The position numbers and the translations under genes were made by a program. The notes beneath the pieces are model-generated. The model searched no databases and was not told where the DNA came from. It saw only the letters and a program-made list of their open reading frames with translations. A stretch of DNA of 57,413 nt, filler included, from Sphacelaria rigidula (lineage: Eukaryota): NCBI GenBank assembly GCA_964200075.2. It is 8 parts of 8 records of this genome, joined end to end, with 100 filler letters (N's around TTAATTAATTAA, not from the genome) between each part and the next. Parts side by side here need not be neighbours in the genome. Positions count along the whole stretch, not along the records: positions 7,192 to 14,281 come from CAXNAA020016536.1; positions 14,382 to 21,471 come from CAXNAA020016537.1; positions 21,572 to 28,660 come from CAXNAA020016538.1; 5 more parts are not named here. The stretch is one strand, 5' to 3'. Position 1 is the first letter of the stretch. Each line of letters opens with the position of its first letter. Below are positions 11,434 to 21,813 of the stretch, piece by piece.

Positions 11434-12856
11434 CTCCGTCTTCGATGGCCATGGCCTGAGGCACCACTGTCCCGATCTGCAGAACAGCTCTGAAGAGCTC
11501 CTGTGGCGTCACGAGGTGACCACGACTAATCAGCGACAGGAGGATGTTGTGCTGTTCCAATGCTTGGGCGCTAAAGCTGCTAACACTCTTCTTCAACGCC
11601 GATGATCTTCCTTCCTGCTTCGTGGGCTTCTTGCTTGTGCGCGCGGGGGGAATGCACTTAAGTTTTGTCCTAGACGCGCCGTCCGCTGTTTTGTCCCCCA
11701 ACACTACACCCTTTATCACACCTGCCCACATTTCGTCGCAACGGCGAGGCACGTCCAGGATCTTCGTCTCTTCCTTTTCCGTCATGACACGACCGTCTAG
11801 CGCCACAAGGTGGTCCCGGCCGTCGACACCAAACGCCCGGGAGTGCGGAAGGACTCGCATTGCTTCACGCACGGCCGGGTGCCTTTTTTTTTGCACTTCA
11901 ACCGCAGGGTCGCCCTGCTTCACTCCGGGGAAGAAGGCTTCCGCGATTTTCGCCGTGGCTCTCTCTCGTGCGCCAACAATAGCGGCTAGCTTTGAGACGA
12001 AGCTCCTGGTGATTTTCTTCGTCGCCCCCTTGTAGCCCCGATTGGCAATCTCTTGCCGCTCGTCCAACGCCACGCGAGAGAAGGCATCGCCGCCCAGTGA
12101 TGTTGAAAATTGTTTGCACATGACGCCGTAGTCCGCGTCCGTCATCCGTGTTGCATCCCCGAGATGCCCGGCGATGGATGTCTGGTAGTGATCCTTGCCG
12201 GACTCGCAGAAAATGGGTGCTGCGACGCGGAGGCAGGCGTTGCGGAGCTTGAGATTTCCGGTGCGCACGCCCATCCTCACCCCTGAGTAGGCGGGGTAGT
12301 CGACGACAAGGAATCGCGACCAAAACCTGAAAGTCTTGTGATCGCGCGACCGGCGCTCGATCCACTGCCGCACCTGCTCGGCGCCATCTGTGCCTTCCTT
12401 CAAAGCAGACCCCATCTCGTCTCGCATTATCGTCGTGATCACGATAATGAAGGACTCGTACAGCACCGTGATCTGGTGGTGGGCACGTCGATAGCTTGTG
12501 CCTTCTGCGGCGTTGGCGTCATCGCTGCCGATCTCTTTCGCAACGAACTCCAGGCCGGCGCCCCAAATACGTTTCAGCATAGCCTTGGCAAGATGGAACA
12601 TAATGTGGAAATCGCCGGGCCAGAGGAGGAGTTTCTCCGCGAACTCGGGGTACATGCGCGAATATTTGCGGACCCAACTGAAGGTCTCGTCGTCCCCGGC
12701 GAGGATGGCCCTCGGTCGTCCATCGCTGTCGCCCATGCGCAACATGTCGCAGATCCGACGAAGAGCGCTTTCCATCGCGTTGTAGTCTTTCGTGGACCCC
12801 TCCTGGATGAACATGTGCACAGTCTTCTGCGGCACGCGCTTCTCAGGTTTGAGTAC
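11434..12856 (-). CDS. Academ-like protein, transposase core exon (DUF6589-like)
   Basis: Contains ILAGDDETF, WPGDFHIMFHL, GTSYRRAH, TFRFWSRFL, VRTGNLKLRNACL, SGKDHY and FSRVALDERQEIANR. Acceptor GCGCAG| and donor G|GTGAGT, phase 1. Confidence 0.85.
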
Positions 12857-13500
12857 CTGCGCACGATTGCATGGCGGGGTGTGCACCGGGGGGTCCGCGA
12901 TTGGAAAGTGGAGAAATCGACCAGACGGTTATGTCCGGCCAAGCTTAGCAGTTACATTCTCAAGCATGTGCACCGAGACATGTGCACATGCGGTATACAT
13001 TTCCATGTACATATTTCCTCTGTGCCATAGGTGAAGATCCTGACGATTACACAGACCCTGAACGGTGTCCGACACCGCAGGCGAGTTTTTCATTTATTAT
13101 TCGGTGTCTTTTTTAATTGGAACCCATATATGTATACATTTTCAGGCACCAACATGCACGTTTGCTTCCCAACGCAGTCGTAATCGCCCATCGGCGCGGA
13201 CATAATCTGGAAAAGCGGCCAAAATTTCCAGGACCCAATCCACTGTCTCTCCGTGGGCCCGCCTCTTTGCTACTTTTGCATACATTGCGTGTGTTACCGC
13301 TCTACTTGTATCCCTCAGCCGTACAGTCGTTCCGACTCATATCTTTTGCCCGCCCCCCACACGAACAGTGGAATGGCATCGATCTTCCATCAAATGGACG
13401 CCATCATATTTTGTTTTAGCCACGCTGTCAGTAACCCTCTACGTGAACCCGCCGAACCCAACATTTTTTTTTCACCACATGCGCGCGGGAGTCGGCATAC

Positions 13501-14281
13501 CTGCCGGAGCTGTGCCTCCACGCATGTTTCCTTCCCCTCTCGAAACAGAACCGCGCTCCTGCATGCGCTGACGAAGAGGTCCGTCACGTATGTATCGAAA
13601 ACCCGGCGGGTATCGTCACGGGGCAGCCCGTCCCTGACCACCTCCATTGTTAACTTCGAGAGCGGTGTCCACTCCGAGTACGGAGACAGTTGCAAATTCC
13701 TTTCAGATGATTCGTCATCCTCAGGCACCACGCATGTTGCAGCGATGCAAGAGACGTAATCCGTTTTGATAAGGTTCATCGCCGCCTTCATGTCGCAGTT
13801 GTCGATAGCCACAGCCGGTGTCCCCTGCGCTAAGGGAATAACGTGGTGATCCCGCCTCTCGTGGACAACAATCTCTTCTCGCTTGGTACGTTGGCTGTCC
13901 GTCAAACAAAGACCAAGACCCGCCAGGAAATCGTTCACTCTCCTCGTAGCACCCAACGATTTCAGGGCCTGAGCGAGCATGAGCTCGTGGGGAGCCCTGT
14001 ATGCTCGTTGCAGCACAGCTTTGATCAACATGGTCGCGAAGAAATACAGGAGAATATGTTTTTTCTTCGCATCATTACATCCCCCCACATCACCGTCGGG
14101 ACTCGCTACGCTTTCGCGCTGCCCGCACGCGCTCGGAATCGGAGCGTCTTCATCGCCATTGTCGAACCCCGTGTCAGAACGCAAAACACCCCGGAGGAAG
14201 AGACGCAGCGTGGCAGGCAACCCCGCTACATATTCAAGCACGGGGGCCAGGTCCCCCTTGATATCGTCTCGGCGGGTGCTC
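13501..14281 (-). CDS. Academ-like protein, first visible exon (N-terminal transposase part)
   Basis: Open to the contig edge. Contains LAQALKSLGATRRVNDFLAGLGLCLT and AVAIDNCD (candidate first catalytic D). Ends at the donor CAG|GTATGC, phase 0. Confidence 0.8.
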
Positions 14282-14597
14282 NNNNNNNNNNNNNNNNNNN
14301 NNNNNNNNNNNNNNNNNNNNNNNNNTTAATTAATTAANNNNNNNNNNNNNNNNNNNNNNNNNNNNNNNNNNNNNNNNNNNNGGAGAAGGGAACGGGCCCC
14401 CTCCCCAAAGGGGGGGGTTGACAATGGTTAAACCCTTTAAGGCAACACCCCAAAAGGACCCCCCCCCCCCCCCCCCGCGCGCGTTGAATTCACAGTTAGT
14501 TCACGAGGTGTTTTCGCGATGCGGGTGGGACGGTGTGTGTGTGCGACTGTGTGGATTTAACCCTCGTACGTTTTTACCATTCTATTGCCGTGTCTCA

Positions 14598-14770
14598 CCC
14601 GTATTCTGCAAGGGGGGGGGGGGTATACCCATGATATTGCATGCCGTAGTCACCTGACCGTTGACCTCGTATTCTGCAAAGGGGGGAGGGGGGGGTTGTA
14701 CTTATGATCTTGCATGCCGTAGTCATATGACCATTGGCCTCGTATTCTGCAGGGGGGGGGGGGGGGGGGG
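14598..14770 (-). repeat. Tandem copies of only the ~70-nt 3' tail of repeat family A, separated by G runs
   Basis: A unit Gn-TATACCCATGATATTGCATGCCGTAGTCA..GACC.TTG.CCTCGTATTCTGCA occurs twice between G runs. Confidence 0.8.
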
Positions 14771-15158
14771 AAATCTGGGGTTGGATAAACAAAAATATAT
14801 TTTTATATAATTATTTTAAAAATGGGGGTTTTTGTTGTCACGCCTTTTNNNNNNNNNNTGTGGTGGGGTGGTTGGTGTTTTGTCTTGGTTCTCTGTGTGG
14901 TTTTTTCCGCTTAGGTTCTTCTGGCGCGTTTAGGCGGGGGGGGGGGGGGGGGGGGAAATCTAGCGTTGGATATACACACATATATATGTATATATATATA
15001 TTCAAAATGGGAGTATGTGGTGTCACGACGTTCTGTTGATTGTTGCTCTGGTCGTCTGCTTCCTTGTGATTGATTATTGCGTGATTGACGACCAGATTGT
15101 TTCCCTGGGTATCCGCCCTTTAGTCTTGATCCATCGCTACTTTACCCTGCCTACTTTC

Positions 15159-16357
15159 CACATGTCGGACGGATCACTTTCTATAGGATGCGGGTGATAC
15201 ACTTCAACGAGTTATGGAACGGTCCTTGTGATCCGGATCTCATCGATCAAGGGGGAGATTATTTGTACGGGTTATGAGGATACACAGGTTCTTCTTGACG
15301 TTTCGTGTACACCTGATTCGGATTACATAGGTGTGCCCAAGCAGATCATGTACAGATACTCGGGTCATACAGATCGTCATCAGACAGACATGTGCGGATC
15401 GCATGGGTAGTACAGGCCATCATCAGACAGACATGTACGGATCGCACGGGTAGTACAGATCATCATCAGACAGACATCTACGGATCGCACGGGTCATACA
15501 CGTTATAATGGGACAGATATGTACGAATCACACGGGTTGGCAGGTGAGGAATACTGGATACTGTTTATTGTATGCTTCATTCGGATGCGCCGACAGTGCA
15601 CATCTTCAGAAAAAATATGCAGCCCTACCGTGGAACCACCCGGAATAAAGTATGCGTACTTTATGTTTCACATGCCCGGGTTGCTACAGCCAACATACAG
15701 ACTTGTGAACATGCACATTGTACCAGGGCCAGGTTAGCAGGTGAGGACTACTGAATACTGTGTATTGTATACTTCATTCGGATGCGCCGACAGTGCACAT
15801 ATTTGGAAAAAATATGCAGCCCTAGCGTGGAACCACTCAGATTAAAATATACATACTTCATGTTCCATATGCCCGGGTTGCCACAGCCAACGTCTGGACT
15901 TGTAAACATGCATTGTACCCGGGCCATACACGTTCACAGGTGAGGGAGCTGAATACTGTTTTCTTGCATACTTTATCCGGATCTTACGGGTGCGGGAAAG
16001 GGTTTCTTGTACACTAGATTCGGATTCCACAGGAAGGGGTAACTTTTGGTGTAGATGAGATTCGAATCGCACGGGCCGACGACAAGCTAGTGCGCTTGCC
16101 TGATCCGAGTGATATAAATGACAACTATGGGATGTTGTACAGATGACACGGGTCTGCAGATCAGTTGTACACGAAAGTGTGTGTGTGTGAACCGGGTCGT
16201 ACAGCTCGTCGCTCGGCAAACATGTACGGGTCAAGCGGGTCCTACGGAGCAGCATCGGAGAAACGTGTACGGGTGACAGCTCACCTCGGATGGATCATGA
16301 TCTATGCCCCAAATGAGCTGACCCGGATCTGTCACGAGCTGATCCGTCCGACGTGTG
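15159..16357. mobile_element. Non-autonomous TIR DNA transposon, 1199 bp, with an 8-bp target-site duplication
   Basis: TIRs CACATGTCGGACGGATCA / TGATCCGTCCGACGTGTG (17 of 18 match). Perfect TSD CTACTTTC at 15151-15158 and 16358-16365. Internal 43-bp x3 repeat (15370-15498) and ~197-bp repeats (15540-15960). Confidence 0.92.
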
Positions 16358-16497
16358 CTACTTTCTATTCACTGTCACACATTCATTTTCTCGAATGAGT
16401 TGGTGAATTTTCGGAACCAAAACATTTCGACAAAAATTCCGTCATTCATCAGATTGAGACATGTATTAAACTGTTCTGAAAAGAGTCGTCATTGATA

Positions 16498-16529
<32 letters not shown>

Positions 16530-17984
16530 ATGATCATCATCATGGCGGCGTCATTTTGTAAGGATGGTGACCGCCTGGTGCTGTCAAGATGTTATTTTAA
16601 AGAATATGTTGGCCCTTGGGCCGTCCGTTGCGTTCGCCTTTCCGAAAATCGTCATCATTTTCCGCTTGGCTGAATGAATGTCAGTCCGAGATGCTCTTGC
16701 ACAGGCTGTCCAAACGTTTTTGATGCTCGTACTCATGTTATGGTGTATAATTATCGTTTTTTTTGTTTATGGTCTTGTATTTCATTTTGTATTTTGAGTT
16801 TTTTTTTCTTTTACCTTCTCCAATGTTGCATTACTTGTCTCGTGTTTCTTCTTCTTCTTCTTCTTCTTCTTTTCTCCTTGTTATCGAGTCTTGTCCCACG
16901 AGTACTTCTGCGTATTTTGTCTGTGTTGGGCATAGTTTATCGTTGCTGTGGCTAGATTCGGAGCTGATCTGTTCATATGATTAGGAGCTGATCTGTTCGT
17001 ATGGATCGAACGATCCATCACACGACCAACCAATCAATGACATATTTCTGGGGTATAGAAAGGTGCTCCCGCATTTTCGATATGCTGGCCCAAGGGAGTT
17101 GGATGAGGTCATACTCTGCGGCATATATTGAACTCTGTAATAGAATGAGGTTTTCGTTGTTTTGCACACCGTGGATTGGATAAGGAATAATGACAAATAT
17201 ATCAGTTTTCGAAAAGTGTACGGCGTACAGTATGGAAATCTATTGTATATTTGCGGTAGACGGGAATGGTCGATACTGTATGCGGTATACTTTTTTTTTG
17301 ACAGAATAATCTGTTGTCATTTCCCAGCCAGGGCGTAGTGTTTATGATAGCGCACGTCAAGCATGACGTACGCGATGGCTCGGCGCGGTCATGTTGTACA
17401 ACGCTCTTGACGAATCAGGGAGAGCAGGCAGCCGGAGAAGAGTACTCCTTGTGTGGTGATTACTATACCGTCCATACAGTGCAGAGAGCTCAGGCTATTG
17501 TTGAACCATGTCACGCGTCGGACAACTCAACTCATTCAAGTCACTTTCTTATTACTCGGCGGTACCTAATTCTACTGGCCGAGTAATGCCGTACAGCTCG
17601 GGGATCGTGCCATTTCCATCGGCTGACTTATGTGGTGTAACTTAGCCATAACTTTCCCCAAGACAGTAGAAGGGTTTTATATACAGTAGTCAGCTCCAGA
17701 AGTATGCAGGATTCGTAATTTCTTACTTTCTCAAAGATTTTCCAAATTTGTTTCGCTGGCCACCGTTCATTACAATGGCTGTTGAATACCAAAAAATAGG
17801 CATCTGGAGATATTTTCATTTTCTTGACAAATATTGAAAGAAAGAATATTGGCGATCAGTATTGAGTGACTTACGGGCTTGACCGATCTCCGAGGGTCCC
17901 GCAGAAGTACAACCCCAGGTTCTTGCTTTTCGGTATTTTCGGTGGACCTACTCAATCCCGATCATATAAGTGAAGCTGATTTTT

Positions 17985-18195
17985 CACCTATTCACTGCGC
18001 TCAAGCTGGTAAACTACGGTTCTTGCACCATTCACGGTCAATAACACCCTCCTGATAAACGGGGTCTTTACTTCGTATCGCCCCAAAAACATCAACTTGG
18101 GCGCTGCAGTTTGAGCGCGGCCTACGCTTTCCCCTAAATCTACAGGTGCTAGCACCTTCAAGTAGTGATGAAGAATAACACTCGAGAAAAACTCA
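17985..18195 (+). repeat. Dispersed repeat, second copy at about 29428-29630
   Basis: Shared GGTCAATAACACCCTCCTG(A/G)TAAACGGGGT...CGTATCGCCC and AAATCTAC..G.GCTAGCA. Confidence 0.8.
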
Positions 18196-18738
18196 AAAAC
18201 TAGAACAACTACGAATCCTGAAAGTTCTGATGCTGACTATTATATACAGCATTGCTGAGTTAATTCACGAGTTGTCCGACGTGTGAAACGTTTTCCACAA
18301 CAACACGTCCCTGACACCGGTCTGTTTACTTCGATGTGTTCTGTTCTATTCTATTCTATTATATTCTGCTGTTCTGCTCTTTTGTTCTGCTCTTTTGTTA
18401 TACTTTTTTGTTTTGCTCTCTCTCTCTGCGTTTGTTCGGCTTTTGTGACTTTGGACTATTCTTGGCGACCCTATAGCTAGCCCCAAATACTTCAGGCCTT
18501 TCATGAGCCGGATGATAGATGGGGGAAAATAAGCTCTCGTGCAGGTTACGTGGCAATGAACTTGTCTCTGTTGTTTTCAGATGGCAAAATAGGGCGACGA
18601 ATACATGCTATCGTGTTTTGCGTTTTGCGTTTTGCGTTTTGTGACGGGATGTAAGTGGCCGTCATGTTCATTCCCCTTCGCGTACGTTTTCTTGCATTTG
18701 AACAAATAACCCCGCCCCCCCCAAAAAAAAAAAAATAG

Positions 18739-19572
18739 GTGTGCAAGAAACTTGGAAGAACCGACGCGGCGATGCGGCACTTCACCATTGCTCTTGACCT
18801 GCACAACAAGGTATTATACCACCTGCGTGAGTTATGTCTCTGAAATATATGCAAAATATGACATTTGCTTTTGTCTTCGCTTTTTGTAAGCTAGGCAACC
18901 GGGTAACCGATTTGTTTGTGCGCGCTTGCGTTGGTTTCGCGGTAACCATGATGGTAGTCGAGCTAGATCATGTTGTGCGGCGTGGGAGGACCTCATCTCC
19001 GCATAAAGGGGATGGTCGTGCTACGTAGTGCTTGGATGGTGAGACACCCATGGGGCAGTGCATAAACCGTGGCTGTCTCTGGAAGTGGCACCACCAGAAA
19101 ATGAAGCAACTCATTGTAGGCTGTCATCCTACTGCAAGCTGATCAGTAGGTCTCGGGCCGAACAATCTTAGCAGGATGCAGCTCACCTTTCATGCGACTC
19201 GTCGAACACACCACGGCGCTTCGCGGTTGGTGGCGATTGAGTGCGAACCTGGTCCGGCGAAAACCCGGCGTGCTTCGTCCCGGCTTTGTAGGAATGCGAG
19301 GTCAATGGTCTTATGACTATGAAACTGTGCGTCCTCGATCGAAATTGTGGACAGAATAGACGAGCGAAGTATTGCTTGCCCAATTGGTCGTCACACGGAG
19401 CCCTTCATGTTCCGTTGCACTGACGTCCTCTCTTGCATTGGTTGCTTGGGTGTTTGTGTGTTTTTTCTTCTTGTCGTGCGGAAATACACGTGCATGACAG
19501 GACAAGAACCTTATCAAGGCTGCTGTGGATCGGCTGAACGAGCCAGACCTGGATGAAGAGGAGAAATTTTAG
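18739..19572 (+). CDS. CDC27: Anaphase-promoting complex subunit 3 (CDC27), last two coding exons (18739-18810, 19501-19572)
   Basis: Spliced peptide VCKKLGRTDAAMRHFTIALDLHNK|DKNLIKAAVDRLNEPDLDEEEKF* resembles the CDC27 terminal TPR and tail. AG/GT borders, phase 0. Confidence 0.8.
18886..19320 (+). mobile_element. SINE-like repeat family A, near full-length copy in the last CDC27 intron
   Basis: Aligns end to end with the reverse complement of 45680-46112. Partial copies at 1-143, 33590-33708 (-) and 42935-43037. Confidence 0.85.
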
Positions 19573-21742
19573 TGTTATTTCTTTTTGTGCATTTTTTTTG
19601 TTTTTGTTTTTGTCGGCGTACAAAGTGCGTATCTCTTGTTCTGTGCCTGTGTTTCTGTTCAGAAAAACGTTCATGGGCGTAGCAGGTTTGGCGTCAGAAG
19701 CTGAGCTTCTGTGCGGCGGTGTGTGTGTGTTTGTGCGTGTGTGCAGAATGTGAGGTGTGTGAAATGCTCACCATACCAGTATAAAGACAAGCTAGCTGAA
19801 CATGACTTCTGGTAAAGGGTTCACGCGCACGCTGCCGTGTGTGTGTGTGCAGAGGAGGAGCAGGAGGATCGTTCGATTTTTTGGGGTCCCCGACGAACGA
19901 GAAAATAATTTTTGAAATGGGAGCTAAGCGGCTTAGATTTTGCCGGGTAGAGTGCATGATGTCAATACTGGAGCAAGTACGAGTACAGTAGCTCAAAGCA
20001 CATGCACGTTGGGACAGCAAGAATGACGGTATGTTCGGAGATCAGCCAAGCAAAACTCAAGTTCTGGGAGACTGAATATGACGAAATCTACAAAGAAAAA
20101 CATCTCGGGGGGCAGCTTAGGGCGCTCAACATGTGGTTGATATTTGCCTGTACACTTGAGAAATGCAACTGACGGTGTGGGTGATGGTGAGGGGTACGTA
20201 ATGCGTAGTGTGCTGTGTGGTCGTAACTGAATGGAAGGATTTTTACGTTACAATATGCGTCTTCAGCTGTCAGTTGCTTCCGTGAGTTGACATGTGCTAT
20301 TTTGGATAGGGGGCAGAGGTGCGGAAACCCTTGGATTATATTCTCATCACCGCGTCGTGGGCAAAAACCAGAAAACACACGGGTATGGGAACTTTTGAGC
20401 ATTATTGGAGGAAGACTCGAGCCGTCATTATTCTCGTGTGTCTGTCGTGATTCTTCAATGACTCCAAACGCTTTCATGGTTACTACTCGCGCTGCGACAT
20501 GGCCAGCTTCGTTCTTGACTGTGGTGGTGGACGGGAGCGCGCGGGGGGGTCACACGTGACTCAGCATTCGTCCATACGTGTTTCGCTGCTTTTGAGGAAT
20601 CAAGCAAAGCAATCAAAGCGATACGGTTGGCATCGTGTGGCAACCCACAAATCGCGTCATTCTCGATGGAGAGATGATGGGGGTATGTTTTCCCCAGAGT
20701 GATGCCGCGATAACTCCCCCGCCCCGTGAACCACCCCCAGGATACTCACGAAAAAATTGACCTCACAGCGCATGATAGCTGCTTCCAGTCTGCACGAAGC
20801 GAAAATCTTCCAATGGACCAATACAATTCAAGGAGAGTCTCGATTTCAGCACTCTGCCCAAGGCGGGTTTCTTTGGAGTAGCTCTTTTGCTGACAGTCTT
20901 TACATCGTTGTACACCCACGCTCATTGACTAACCTTCCACGCGGAGCGGTTGTGCACACAGCATCATTCAACACCGTGTTTACCTGATCTACCTTCGCCA
21001 TGTCGATTTGGTTTCCTCTCGTACCGACGCATTTGTAGGGCGCAGACAACTACTAAAAGACATTTGATACTCCGCGATATCTCGATCCAAACTCTGGCGT
21101 CCATTGCCACAGTAGACAACGCCTTATCCGCCGACATACACACTGATCCATGCAAATCCACAAGAAAAACGCTTAGGCATCTGGAGGTCCTCACGGCTCC
21201 TACATGAGTGGATGCTTGCACATGGCATTGACGTACAACCCACGGGCGCACAAGCATCAGGACATGGATTCGTATTGGTTCATCACCTAACCAGCGGGCA
21301 TGTTGAACTGTAGGTTTCCCCATACGGAGGGCCGCTGTGGGTCTGCGGTTCCAATTGCAATTTTCAAATTGGTTGTTGTCTCAGGCTATTCCAGATTCGG
21401 CTAACGATTTCTGTGACAGAAAACACTCTAGATTTTTTCGGAATACTCTTCAGAAAATGTAGCGTTCAGTANNNNNNNNNNNNNNNNNNNNNNNNNNNNN
21501 NNNNNNNNNNNNNNNTTAATTAATTAANNNNNNNNNNNNNNNNNNNNNNNNNNNNNNNNNNNNNNNNNNNNGCGTGGCAGCGTCCTGGCCGTGTTTGTCA
21601 GCCACCTCTTCCAGCTGAACGTGAATTGCACATGGGTGGCCCTTCAGCGCTTCCACATGTGGCGACGGGATTTCCACTTGCTGCGCCATATCATTGTCGT
21701 CGTATAGTGTGGCTTCCTACGCTCGCGAAGTGTTGTTAATGT

Positions 21743-21743
<1 letters not shown>

Positions 21744-21812
<69 letters not shown>
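21744..21812. repeat. (GAT)23 microsatellite, followed by a dispersed repeat (21810-21985) also at about 40118-40256
   Basis: Read directly. GATGATGCAGCCCACC..AACGGTGCAC...CTCTAAGTTCAAGT...GCACCGAACT is shared with the 40118 copy. Confidence 0.9.

Positions 21813-21813
<1 letters not shown>

Larger units (their letters stand above)
8311..14281 (-). mobile_element. Academ superfamily (AcademX-type) DNA transposon coding region, 5'-truncated by the contig end
   Basis: Three ORFs splice into one frame (exons >=14281-13501, 12856-11434, 11009-8311; at least 1633 aa, no stops). Domain order is transposase, XPG-like nuclease, Cys-rich finger, which is the architecture described for AcademX. Terminal repeats were not identified. 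Confidence 0.8.

Noticed and set aside
8348-13030. Many long plus-strand ORFs (for example 8348-9016, 9714-10406, 12338-13030)
   Set aside because: Antisense shadows of the GC-rich Academ-like coding exons.
15370-15498. 43-bp direct repeats
   Set aside because: A contiguous minisatellite without spacers, lying inside a TIR element.
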